From IMG/VR virus record IMGVR_UViG_3300025466_000012, positions 1 to 64,000 of that record: a DNA stretch of 64,000 nt; one strand, 5' to 3'. The notes under the pieces are model-generated. The model saw only the letters and a list, made by a program, of their open reading frames with translations, was not told the origin of the DNA and did not search any database. This DNA comes from a virus. Both the position numbers and the translations under genes were made by a program. Shown in pieces: positions 31,201 through 40,020 of this stretch. Each line of letters starts with the position of its first letter. Positions within the stretch are counted from its first letter, which is position 1.

Positions 31201-31896
31201 ACAGCCGACGGCAATCTTGATTCCGGAGATGCTTATGCTGGCGCTTTCTACCCTAGCTGTACCACAACTGACCTCAGTGGAAACTTGGTGGTGACATGCC
31301 CAAGTCACATGATGTTGCGTACCATTATACGCAGTGACGAAGTGTCTTATCCATGGTTGGCTCCATCCGGAACCAGACGTGGTGTGGTTGACAATGCTAC
31401 CCAGATTGGTTATGTGAACGGCCAAACAGGTGCATTTGTACCACTAGGAGTCACACAAAGTCTACGTGATGTGCTGTATCAGCACAACATCAACCCAATC
31501 ACGTTTATTCCGGGTGTGGGCATAACCAACTTTGGTAATCATACTCTGCAAGGAAGTGCCACTGCTCTTGATCGTATCAACGTGGCACGCTTGGTGGCGT
31601 TCTTGAGAGCCAGATTGAGTGCCATTGGCAAGACCTACTTGTTCGAGCCCAACGATACCATCACACGCCAACAGATCACCAACAGCATAACCAATCTCAT
31701 GATTGACTTGGTGGCCAAACGTGGAATCTATGACTACCTGGTTGTGTGCGATCTTACCAACAACACACCGGCTCGCATTGATGCCAATGAATTATGGGTT
31801 GATATCGCGATCGAGCCAGTCAAGGCTGTTGAGTTCATATACATACCAGTACGTATACAGAACACCGGTACCATTGCAGCCCAAACTATAGCATAA
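28237..31896 (+). CDS. gp18: Contractile tail sheath protein, enlarged (1219 aa)
   Basis: LLSPGVQVSIIDQS N-terminus; YPWLAPSGTRRG, INPI, LDRINVARL, FEPND, KAVEFIYIP; ATAAATA at 28202. Confidence 0.92.
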   Translation: MSLLSPGVQVSIIDQSNYVPGATNSVPFILLATAQNKISGAGVGVAAGTLAANANRTYLMTSQRDLLNTFGTPFFYSTTAGVPINGYELNEYGLLAAYSALGITNQCYVQRVNIDLAALTASLTRPVGTPPNGTYWLDTVNSSWGIFEWNVTTGAYTNQIPSVITSTANLVNGTTTPLASYGSIGNYTVVAGEIQTANIAGSLQNPEYYKRGGPTASQTTSSALSSVYNSWVLVGSDDWKTAWPTISGTQSPANLVANTNIVINNTNTITVPSAPNNTVANVSAQINAANISGVYSGVIGGTMYLYADSQAPGFTGTVSSGTANVTAGTATLVFTNGANVPTPYPVGSTITVSGTANTNYNGTYNVTASTNTSVTFDFAGANRSTNVGTITWPDSVSISGTALSALGIASGSYSTPQYLASNSYQNPRWTSTSATPAPTGSVWQKTNNVNLGTNLVLKQYSTTLGTFVAQNCPVYANNATANYNLDPSGGGYDIGQGYTYAQVDAYGNGTATFMIWQRHAVGATNVTGYSAPGDVFTAGNQFTISATQAGSTTLNTATATLEGTSPADFIAAVSSAGVPYVSATLNSSGHVVFTHSQGGDIQLTSISGDPVGEAGFALGENIVGLTALDVTTVDTLVLSNWVSYPTFSYTSSNTSPDQNPLNGTYWYYSDTTQVDIMIQNSGQWVGYQTVTNDIRGYNLSLTNAAGPQISATAPTTQNNTAQSPLVHGDLWIDTSDLELYPVINRWQNVNGQDQWVTLDNSNRTTSNGVLFEDARWAPNGTTDPVADALPTITSLLTSNYLDPDAPSPSLYPDGILLWNTRRSGFNVKTFESNYFNNTAYPAYQWLSTTAYSIGNLVMYNGVVYIALKPSTNQTPGTTVYWTPITVTNTWKTTSGNRPDGSPYMGRQAQRAIIVAALRSGIDANTTIREEQNQFNLIACPQYPELAPNLAVLNVDRGQTAFAVVDTPLRLTPDEIVTWSTNNNGLGLITADGNLDSGDAYAGAFYPSCTTTDLSGNLVVTCPSHMMLRTIIRSDEVSYPWLAPSGTRRGVVDNATQIGYVNGQTGAFVPLGVTQSLRDVLYQHNINPITFIPGVGITNFGNHTLQGSATALDRINVARLVAFLRARLSAIGKTYLFEPNDTITRQQITNSITNLMIDLVAKRGIYDYLVVCDLTNNTPARIDANELWVDIAIEPVKAVEFIYIPVRIQNTGTIAAQTIA

Positions 31897-31948
31897 TTTT
31901 GGCACGCACAGATACCATAAATAAAAGTACATTAGGAGATAGAGAAAA

Positions 31949-32587
31949 ATGGCTACATCATCATTAACCAAAATGACCGTACCACTGGCCAGCGATCAGA
32001 GCAGTCCATCGCAAGGCCTGTTGATGCCCAAACTGAAGTATCGCTTCAGAGTCAGCTTCCAGAATTTTGGAGTATCAAGCCCAGTAACAGAGCTGACCAA
32101 ACAGGTGGTGGATTTCACTCGTCCCAACGTGACTTTTGAAAATATTGATCTTCCTATCTACAACAGTACTATCAAGTTGGCTGGCAAATACAGCTGGCAG
32201 GACATCACTTGCAACATACGTGATGATGCTGCTGGTAATGTGACTCGACTGGTTGGCGAACAACTACAGAAACAGTTGGATTTTGCTGAAATGAGTAGTG
32301 CCAGTTCGGGTATTGACTACAAGTTTACCACAGTGTTTGAAGTGCTAGACGGCGGCAATGGTACCAATGCTCCAATCGCGTTAGAGACCTGGTCCATACT
32401 TGGTTGCTATCTACAAGGTGTCAACTACGGTGATATGAATTATGGCACAAACGAAGCCATGCAGATTGCATTGACCATCCGCTTCGACAATGCTGTACAA
32501 GGTGTTGGCGGAACAGGTCCTGGTGTAGGACAAGCAATTGGTCGTACATTGGGTGATGTGGTCACTGGTGTTGGTACTGCACAATAA
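31949..32587 (+). CDS. gp19: Tail tube protein
   Basis: Follows the sheath; PKLKYRFRV, GKYSWQDI, LTIRFDNA; ATAAATA at 31917 plus SD. Confidence 0.85.
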   Translation: MATSSLTKMTVPLASDQSSPSQGLLMPKLKYRFRVSFQNFGVSSPVTELTKQVVDFTRPNVTFENIDLPIYNSTIKLAGKYSWQDITCNIRDDAAGNVTRLVGEQLQKQLDFAEMSSASSGIDYKFTTVFEVLDGGNGTNAPIALETWSILGCYLQGVNYGDMNYGTNEAMQIALTIRFDNAVQGVGGTGPGVGQAIGRTLGDVVTGVGTAQ

Positions 32588-32600
32588 CTGATAGACCGCC

Positions 32601-33794
32601 ATGAACCTTAGCTCGTTTGGCGAGAACATCTTACAAGGATTCTTTGGTACCGATCAATTAAAAGATTATAGTCATGCTTCTAGAACTTTTAGAAGCAACA
32701 ACTATGAACTGACTCCAAGAACCAAGTATCTATTCCACTGCTTTTTCAATATCAACTCGGGCGAAATTCCGGCCCTGCGCACGGCTTTTGCAAACAATGA
32801 CATAGCCAGTGTGGGGCTCATGGTCAAGACAGCCGATTTACCCAGCTTTGAAATTTCAGCCGAAACCCTGAATCAATACAATCGCAAAAGAATAGTACAG
32901 ACCAAGATCAACTATCAACCGGTCACTATCACTTTGCATGATGATCAAAGCGATCTTATCAGGAATCTCTGGTACAACTACTACACCTACTACTACAAAG
33001 ATCCCACCTACGGTTACAACAACGTGCCCAACACCAGTGGCAGTCTAGGCCGGTCTCAAACCTTGCAAAATGGATTTGGGTACAATACCTCCGACACTTA
33101 TACCAATAGACAAAATACCGATTGGGGATTTATAGGCGAAAGCTATACTGACAGTAGCGCAGGCAATGCCTCAGGAAACAACAACGGAAAGCCTAGATTT
33201 TTCAACGATATCACCATATACGGTCTGGCACAAAAACGATTTGCCAGCTATATCTTGATCAATCCTGTCATCACCAACTGGAAAAGTGATCAGTATGATT
33301 ATAGCCAAGGTGCTGGCACCATGAGTCATACCCTGACTATCAGTTACGAATCAGTCAAGTACAACAGCGGAGCCATCGGCGGCGCACAACCCAGCACCAG
33401 TGTGCCAGGATTTGCTGATCCAGCCCACTACGATACAACCAAGAGCAAGCTGTCAAGACCAGGTGGTACTGCCACAGTGTTTGGACAAGGCGGTATCATT
33501 GATGCAGTATCGGGGGTAACCCAGGATCTTGAAGCCCTGGCATCGGGACAGGGTGGATTACAAAATATTATTGGTGCTGTACAAACAGCCGGCACGGCCT
33601 ACAACACGTTTAAAAATGTCAACCTAGGACAGATAGCTGGTGCAGAAGTGCAGGGAGTAGCTACCAGTGTGATACAACAGGGTTTTGCTGGCAACATGCG
33701 ACAGGCCACTGCCACTGGCAACGGTCAACTGTTTCTAAATCCTCCTAGAGTAAATACTTCGGGCGCCACTATACAATCACAACTGGGATTATAA
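32601..33794 (+). CDS. Tail-tube-like baseplate protein (gp19/gp54 family)
   Basis: KTADLPSF...NQYNRKR...INYQPVTITLHDD. Confidence 0.6.
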   Translation: MNLSSFGENILQGFFGTDQLKDYSHASRTFRSNNYELTPRTKYLFHCFFNINSGEIPALRTAFANNDIASVGLMVKTADLPSFEISAETLNQYNRKRIVQTKINYQPVTITLHDDQSDLIRNLWYNYYTYYYKDPTYGYNNVPNTSGSLGRSQTLQNGFGYNTSDTYTNRQNTDWGFIGESYTDSSAGNASGNNNGKPRFFNDITIYGLAQKRFASYILINPVITNWKSDQYDYSQGAGTMSHTLTISYESVKYNSGAIGGAQPSTSVPGFADPAHYDTTKSKLSRPGGTATVFGQGGIIDAVSGVTQDLEALASGQGGLQNIIGAVQTAGTAYNTFKNVNLGQIAGAEVQGVATSVIQQGFAGNMRQATATGNGQLFLNPPRVNTSGATIQSQLGL

Positions 33795-33797
33795 ATC

Positions 33798-34157
33798 ATG
33801 GGTTCTGTAAACTACGCTAATCCCAACAAAGATGCCACAGTACAAATCTTTGATCAATTTTATGCTTACCAAAGTTCAGTCTCTGTTGACGAATACGATG
33901 CAGTCAATAGTTATTTTGTCAGTCAGTTTGGCACCGGTGAAGCTGCAGGAAACTTTACTGTGAGTCTGTTTAGAACAGCAGAACTCAGTGGTACACCAGT
34001 CATGACCTTATTGCAAGAAATACGCGGCCAGACCGGACCAGATCTGACGCTGAGTCTGTCCTACTTTCTCAACGCCACTCGCAGCACTAGCACTCTGTTG
34101 GGGATCAATGTCAACACACAGCCCAATTTTTACGTGGCACACAACATCCGTAGCTGA
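33798..34157 (+). CDS. Hypothetical virion protein
   Basis: 119-aa ORF in the structural operon. Confidence 0.65.
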   Translation: MGSVNYANPNKDATVQIFDQFYAYQSSVSVDEYDAVNSYFVSQFGTGEAAGNFTVSLFRTAELSGTPVMTLLQEIRGQTGPDLTLSLSYFLNATRSTSTLLGINVNTQPNFYVAHNIRS

Positions 34158-34215
34158 CTTAGTCAGAAAAGTAGAAAATGTTCATTACGTATTGATATAT
34201 TATAGGAAATGTACC

Positions 34216-34659
34216 ATGCCCAATTTCTCTAGAGGAAAATTTGTAGTTACAAATTCTCAAAAATATGTAGGAAAAGGAGAGCCAACTTGGAGAAGTAGCT
34301 GGGAATGGGCTTTCATGAATTTCTGCGACAACAACAACAATATATTGCAATGGGCCAGCGAACCAGTTCGCATACCCTACCAACATCCGCTTACAGGCAA
34401 AATGACCACCTATGTTCCGGATTTTATTGTGACCTATCGTGGACCCAACAATACCACCCGTGCTGAACTGATTGAAATCAAACCTACCAGCCAAAGTCGT
34501 TTGTTGGAAAACCAAAGTCAGCGAGATCGTGCCCAAGTGGCAATCAATCATTGCAAATGGGCTGCAGCTTCAACCTGGTGCAAGCGCAACGGACTCACAT
34601 TCAGAGTCATTACCGAAACAGATATCTTTAGACAAGGCAAGCCCGGCCGCGGTAAATAG
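34216..34659 (+). CDS. gp4: Head completion nuclease (gp4-like, TnsA N-terminal fold)
   Basis: RSSWE..FMNFCD.N.NILQWASE...IPY, YVPDF, IEIKP. Confidence 0.85.
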   Translation: MPNFSRGKFVVTNSQKYVGKGEPTWRSSWEWAFMNFCDNNNNILQWASEPVRIPYQHPLTGKMTTYVPDFIVTYRGPNNTTRAELIEIKPTSQSRLLENQSQRDRAQVAINHCKWAAASTWCKRNGLTFRVITETDIFRQGKPGRGK

Positions 34660-34662
34660 GGT

Positions 34663-35151
34663 ATGACAAAGAAATTAGAAGAATTATTTCAGTTCGATCG
34701 ACTCGACCCTGTCTCGGAAACTGATGAACCAATACTCACTGTGGAACAAACTCGTGAAACTATTGTGGCCATTGACACCAACATAGACAAAATTGATGCG
34801 GCCTTGCCGGGCATACAAGATCTTGATACCTTGGATCGAGAACTGGATGAATTGGCCGACTTGGCCAAACAAAGCTACCAGGATCTCAGTGATCTGGGCA
34901 TGAACATAGAATCCAGATTCGCAGCCGAACTGTTTGCTGTGGCTGGTACCATGCTGGGGCACGCACTCACCGCCAAAACTACCAAGCTGAACAAACGATT
35001 AAAGATGATTGATCTACAGTTGAAGAAACTCAAACTGGATAGAGATGCTCCCGAGACCGACGATATACCCACAGCCGAAGGACATTTGATGAGTCGCAAT
35101 GATCTGCTGGAACGCTTGATTGCCACTCGAGATCAAAAAAATCAATCTTGA
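34663..35151 (+). CDS. Probable terminase small subunit
   Basis: Helical 162-aa protein after gp4; DLGMN...R.AAELF pattern. Confidence 0.5.
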   Translation: MTKKLEELFQFDRLDPVSETDEPILTVEQTRETIVAIDTNIDKIDAALPGIQDLDTLDRELDELADLAKQSYQDLSDLGMNIESRFAAELFAVAGTMLGHALTAKTTKLNKRLKMIDLQLKKLKLDRDAPETDDIPTAEGHLMSRNDLLERLIATRDQKNQS

Positions 35152-35174
35152 TAAATATCATATAAGGAAAAATT

Positions 35175-35783
35175 ATGAAAAAATTCCACGATTATCTGGC
35201 CGAGTCCGAACGAACCTATAACTATCGAATCAAGATAGCCGGCGATGTACCAACCGGATTCGTCAAGGACCTGGGTGAAAAACTCAAGCAGTTCGACGTT
35301 GTAAAAATGTCAACAGCCAAGACCACACCAGTACAGGCACGCCTGAACGACTTTCCAGAAATTGAAAACGATCGAGTCACACACATGGATGTGGAGTTCC
35401 GGTATCCGGCTGTAGAGCCGCAGATCAAACAGATTGCGCAACTGTTGATGTTTGATCCCAACAGAATCAGAATGTTGACCACACCCTACGAGGACAGCAT
35501 GGATGAGGAAACTCGCAAGATCCAAGAGCAAAACCAGGATCTTCTCGCAGATACAGATTTTCCTGCACCCGACAAACAGCAAAAGGCCTTGTACAAAGAC
35601 TACAGTACCGAATACAACAATCATGCTGTGTTAAAAAATGCGTACAGAAGCGAATACACCGTGGCCGGTGGACCAACACCAGCCGCCAAGACAACCAATG
35701 ATCTGCCCATGGGCAACAAGAGTCCAATGACCACGATCAAGTTGCCACCAAAACCGCCCACCGGCAGTAAACCAAGAGGATAA
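35175..35783 (+). CDS. Putative head-internal protein
   Basis: ATAAATA at 35151; N-terminus MKKFHDYLAE resembles the T4 capsid-targeting sequence. Confidence 0.6.
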   Translation: MKKFHDYLAESERTYNYRIKIAGDVPTGFVKDLGEKLKQFDVVKMSTAKTTPVQARLNDFPEIENDRVTHMDVEFRYPAVEPQIKQIAQLLMFDPNRIRMLTTPYEDSMDEETRKIQEQNQDLLADTDFPAPDKQQKALYKDYSTEYNNHAVLKNAYRSEYTVAGGPTPAAKTTNDLPMGNKSPMTTIKLPPKPPTGSKPRG

Positions 35784-35785
35784 AC

Positions 35786-37825
35786 ATGGATAATTTTTTC
35801 TACAATCTAAACAAAAAGATGGCTGATCTGGCCAAACAACAGGATCTGACCGAAGGCGCCGTGAACGAACGCGACATGGGCAAACACAACAATGCCACCA
35901 CCGGTTTCAAGGCTTTGGCCAAGAAAGCCGGCAAAGAATATGGTAGCAAAGCGGCCGGCGAACGTGTGGCTGGTGCTCAATTCCAAAAGATGAAAAAAGC
36001 CAGCCAGCTGGAAGAAGACGGCATGGAAGAAAGTGCCTTACAAGGTTATCTTGGTAAAAAGAAATATGGCCCCGAAGGCATGCAGGCCCTGCAAAAGGCC
36101 GGTCGTGAACATGCAGGCAAAGCCAAAATGGACAAGATCCGCGATCGCTATGACAAGATGGACGAAGCTGACATGGAAGAAGGCAATGCCTTCAGCGGCG
36201 CATTGGCCAATGCCAAAAAAGATCATAAAAGCGAATTTGAAGTCGATGGAAAAAAATACAAAGTGGTCGAAGCTGATCCGACTGGCATGGAGGAAGGTGC
36301 AGGTAACGAGCCCGACACCGAACACCAGATAAAACAACCTCGTCACAAAGTGGGCCGAGGCGAACTCAATCAAGTTGCTGGTATGCAAAATGTCAAGTCA
36401 CACAATCGAGAGCATCCGCTCAAGAATGTTGCCAAAGGCATCAAGGCATTCGTCACAGGCAAAGAAGAACCCATGGACGAAGAAAAAGAATCACGCAGCA
36501 AAGGTACAGCGTTTGATCCTGAGCACATGAAAAAAAGCAAAACCGACCGAGAAGGCACTGGCAACTTTGACAAGAAAAAAGTCAGTACCGGTACCGTGTA
36601 CACTCGCCGTCACCGAGAAGATGACGAAGAAGAAGTCAAGAGCGATCAACCCAAGAAAAAAGGCCGTCCAAAAGGTCCTGCCAAAGGTCCTGAGCGTGTG
36701 ACAGCCAAAAGCTACAAATACAAACAAGGTCGCCCAGTTAAAGAAATGGAAATTCCTATTACCAGTCAAGGCGAATACGACCAAGAAGGCGACGAAGTCA
36801 AAGGCGACATGCACACCGTGATCCGTCATGCCCAAGAACTAGAAAAGCACTTGAGAGACAGTGAAAATCTACCAACCTGGATCATTGAAAAAGTGGGCCA
36901 GATCAAGGGCATGATGACCAGTATCTCGGATTATATGTTGTCACAACACGAACGTGGCGCCGAACACGAAACCGGCCAAGAAGGAATCCGTATTGCCGAA
37001 AAAGCAGTCAGTGTCAAGCAACGTAGGGCTGCTGGCATAGCACATGCCGCACAAAAAGGCGAGATACCTAAAAAAGAATTGCGCGGAGCATCAAAAGCCA
37101 TGGCCCAGATGCCAGCCGGAGAACTACACAAGTTTGCAAGCACCAAAGAAAAAGGCCTTCCAACAAAAGTCAAAGAAAACGGCAAACCAGACTTTTTAGA
37201 TCTAGACAACGATGGCAACAAGACTGAGCCAATGAAACAGGCAGCCAAACAGGTCAAGGGCAAGAAAAAAGAAGTTGACGAAACCACTACCTCGGGCAGT
37301 GTGGCCACGGCTACAGCAGCTCCCAAAGCCAGCAAGGGTATGGCATTTGGCAAGGGTGTGTACGAAGGTGCCATCGCTGAAAGTTACGAAAACAAGTTGA
37401 GCAACATGCTGGCAGAAGGCATGAACGTCAGCGTAAACATGGGACAAGACGAAAGTGGACAGATGCGTAACAACATCACAGTCAGTGCTGACGGTGAGGA
37501 AGCTGACAAGTTGGCCCAGTTGTTAAAACTGGCCGGCATGCATCATGAACCTGAAGCGGCCTGTGCAACTTGCGGAAGTGCACCATGCGGCTGTGCCGAG
37601 CAGGTAGACGAGAATCAACCCGATTGGCCAACCAACACCGAGACCATGGACGGACATGATCCACACATGCGAAATCACTCAGGTGGCCTAAACGGTGCCA
37701 AGAGCAGTGGTCAGACCACTATACCAGTTCTTAACCGCAACAGACAGCGTCAGACCAGCATGGATGAAAATGTCGAACTTGAGCGCACTCTTTTTAAAAC
37801 ATGGAAGAATTACAAAGGCCAATGA
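35786..37825 (+). CDS. Mosaic charged protein, putative prohead core/internal polyprotein with a DUF3008-like segment
   Basis: Many hydrophobic-X-E sites; AVSVKQRRAAGIAHAAQKG...FASTKEKGLP; DLDNDG loop. Confidence 0.6.
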   Translation: MDNFFYNLNKKMADLAKQQDLTEGAVNERDMGKHNNATTGFKALAKKAGKEYGSKAAGERVAGAQFQKMKKASQLEEDGMEESALQGYLGKKKYGPEGMQALQKAGREHAGKAKMDKIRDRYDKMDEADMEEGNAFSGALANAKKDHKSEFEVDGKKYKVVEADPTGMEEGAGNEPDTEHQIKQPRHKVGRGELNQVAGMQNVKSHNREHPLKNVAKGIKAFVTGKEEPMDEEKESRSKGTAFDPEHMKKSKTDREGTGNFDKKKVSTGTVYTRRHREDDEEEVKSDQPKKKGRPKGPAKGPERVTAKSYKYKQGRPVKEMEIPITSQGEYDQEGDEVKGDMHTVIRHAQELEKHLRDSENLPTWIIEKVGQIKGMMTSISDYMLSQHERGAEHETGQEGIRIAEKAVSVKQRRAAGIAHAAQKGEIPKKELRGASKAMAQMPAGELHKFASTKEKGLPTKVKENGKPDFLDLDNDGNKTEPMKQAAKQVKGKKKEVDETTTSGSVATATAAPKASKGMAFGKGVYEGAIAESYENKLSNMLAEGMNVSVNMGQDESGQMRNNITVSADGEEADKLAQLLKLAGMHHEPEAACATCGSAPCGCAEQVDENQPDWPTNTETMDGHDPHMRNHSGGLNGAKSSGQTTIPVLNRNRQRQTSMDENVELERTLFKTWKNYKGQ

Positions 37826-38340
37826 AAAATCTACGAGACTATCTTGCTGAATCAGAATCTTGGATGCTGACACCAGCAGCTGGTGACGACTTTGGAATAG
37901 AATTGGCTGATGGCAGTCTAGTAGAATCCTATGTGTTAGAATCAGAATCGGGTGATGTATTGTTGGCAGCCACGACAGAAATTGTCACAATGCTAGAATC
38001 GCGTGGCATGTTGAGCGATCATGAAACCGATGAAGAAATCGTTCTTGAAACCATGGGCTACGGTACCTTGGTTGGTGAAGAGGAAGACGAAATGGACGAG
38101 GCCAAATATCACGGCCGCGAAGTACCGCTTGGCAAGCCCATGAAGGGCGATGTAAAAAAATCAAAAGTGTATGTGAGAGATCCCTCAACCGGCAACATCA
38201 AAAAAGTAAACTTTGGTGATCCCAACATGCGAATCAAAAAAAGCAGTCCTGCACATAGAAAAAGTTTTAGAGCAAGACACCATTGCGAGAACCCCGGATC
38301 ACGACTAAAAGCCCGTTATTGGTCGTGTCGTGCATGGTAA
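37822..38340 (+). CDS. Putative head-internal protein
   Basis: ATGA overlap with the upstream stop; MKNLRDYLAE N-terminus; basic C-terminal domain after MDEA. Confidence 0.6.
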   Translation: MKNLRDYLAESESWMLTPAAGDDFGIELADGSLVESYVLESESGDVLLAATTEIVTMLESRGMLSDHETDEEIVLETMGYGTLVGEEEDEMDEAKYHGREVPLGKPMKGDVKKSKVYVRDPSTGNIKKVNFGDPNMRIKKSSPAHRKSFRARHHCENPGSRLKARYWSCRAW

Positions 38341-38356
38341 TTAAAAGGAAAACAAA

Positions 38357-38836
38357 ATGAGTCAAGCAAATGTCTACACTTCGGTCGCAAATGCTGTCTG
38401 GTACACAGACAAATGTGAAATAGTGACCGAAACAGCGGTCAGTTACAATGTATATGTGGTACAAGCCGGCAACAAGCGTGTGGGATTAACTGGTTCTGTG
38501 ACCAATGGAAGCAATGTCATGTTGACCGGTCAAGCTGCAGCCGGCATGGTCAATGCTACCTTTGTTACCGGAACCGGTGTGGCCAATACCACTACCGTGG
38601 TCAGTGTGGTCAACGGACAAAGTCTTACCATGAGTGCCAACGCTACCAGCGACAGCACAGGCCCATACACGCTGACCATGGGAGCTCCTGGCAACTTGTA
38701 TAGTTCAGCTGTACAGGTGGCAGCCAACAGCAAACAGACAGTGTATGTGGGTTCCGGCAACTATCTCACTATCACTGGTTCGGGATTTACTGCCAGAGAA
38801 ACAGGTACAGCAACATCAGCTACCGCAGGACACTGA
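38357..38836 (+). CDS. Hypothetical beta-rich structural protein
   Basis: SD AAGGA; Thr/Val/Gly-rich. Confidence 0.65.
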   Translation: MSQANVYTSVANAVWYTDKCEIVTETAVSYNVYVVQAGNKRVGLTGSVTNGSNVMLTGQAAAGMVNATFVTGTGVANTTTVVSVVNGQSLTMSANATSDSTGPYTLTMGAPGNLYSSAVQVAANSKQTVYVGSGNYLTITGSGFTARETGTATSATAGH

Positions 38837-38838
38837 TC

Positions 38839-39216
38839 ATGCGAGCCCGCGAGTTTATAATCGAAGAAAAAGAAGGCAAGTTGAATCCTGATCATTCATC
38901 AGTGATGCCAACTGCACGCAGAATTCGTGATCGAGGCGGATATGATCGTACCAATCATATGAATCGCATGATGATGGCATTGGCCATGCACGACGGCAAA
39001 ACAAAAAATGCCATACCAAAAGAACAAATGGATCCCAACAGCTGGGTAGAAAAATATAACACAGCACATCCTTATACCAAAGAAGAAGACAACATGATAG
39101 TCGGCGCCATGAAAACGCTGGGTTCAGATCATCATCATGTGATATCAGACCATCGCAGTATTGAACCAACAGATGTACACAAAATCAGCCCAGTCAAAGG
39201 ATTTGGCGGTTATTGA
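38839..39216 (+). CDS. Hypothetical protein with CTS-like N-terminus (MRAREFIIE)
   Basis: 125-aa ORF in the operon. Confidence 0.6.
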   Translation: MRAREFIIEEKEGKLNPDHSSVMPTARRIRDRGGYDRTNHMNRMMMALAMHDGKTKNAIPKEQMDPNSWVEKYNTAHPYTKEEDNMIVGAMKTLGSDHHHVISDHRSIEPTDVHKISPVKGFGGY

Positions 39217-39252
39217 TCCATGAATATCACACAATCAACCAAGGAGTATCAC

Positions 39253-39966
39253 ATGAAAAAGTTTTTATTTACAGCCGTATTGGCATTGATGTCCATCTCG
39301 GCACAGGCACAAATCGCCACACAATGTCCACAGTTTACCGTGAACGGTACCCCCAAATATCAAGCACATCCGGGTGATCAGGAATTGTGCAAGACCAACT
39401 ATGCTGTGATACATCGTTGTGATGTCAAAGCACCGGTTGCAGTATTTGAACACCTTACACCGGCAGTCATTACCGGCCCAGCCAAACGCAAAGACAATTT
39501 CAGACCCGATCCAGCTGTGACAGCCACGTGCCAAGCACAATTGGCCGACTATGCCACTGCCGGCAATATCTACGATCGAGGACACATGGCACCAGCTGGC
39601 AACAACACTGTAAATGACGCTGTCATGAGTGAAAGTTTTTTCTTGTCAAACATGGTTCCGCAAGTGGCCAACAACAATCGTGGTATCTGGAAACAGCTGG
39701 AAACCTGGGAACGTGATTGGGCACTCAAAGGTGGTGACTTCTACATCATATCGGGTGGCATCTACAATCCGGGTCACAAGGTCATTGGCAACGGTGTGGG
39801 TGTTCCTGATGCCTTGTACAAGATCATCGTTGATAAAAAATCTGGTCAGGTAATGGCCTACATGATGCCCAACACAGCACTGCCTGTGGCCGACTTGCCA
39901 AAATACCAGACTACCATGACTGCGATCGAGCAGGCCACTGGCATGCAATTTAATTTGGGCAAGTGA
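39253..39966 (+). CDS. DNA/RNA non-specific endonuclease (NucA/EndoG family) with signal peptide
   Basis: SD AAGGAG at 39241; MKKFLFTAVLALMSISAQA signal; YDRGHMAP, NMVPQ...NNRGIW..LE. Confidence 0.9.
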   Translation: MKKFLFTAVLALMSISAQAQIATQCPQFTVNGTPKYQAHPGDQELCKTNYAVIHRCDVKAPVAVFEHLTPAVITGPAKRKDNFRPDPAVTATCQAQLADYATAGNIYDRGHMAPAGNNTVNDAVMSESFFLSNMVPQVANNNRGIWKQLETWERDWALKGGDFYIISGGIYNPGHKVIGNGVGVPDALYKIIVDKKSGQVMAYMMPNTALPVADLPKYQTTMTAIEQATGMQFNLGK

Positions 39967-40020
39967 TTGGCATCAACATAATTACTGTATGCGAAACATC
40001 AACTACAGTGATTTAACACC

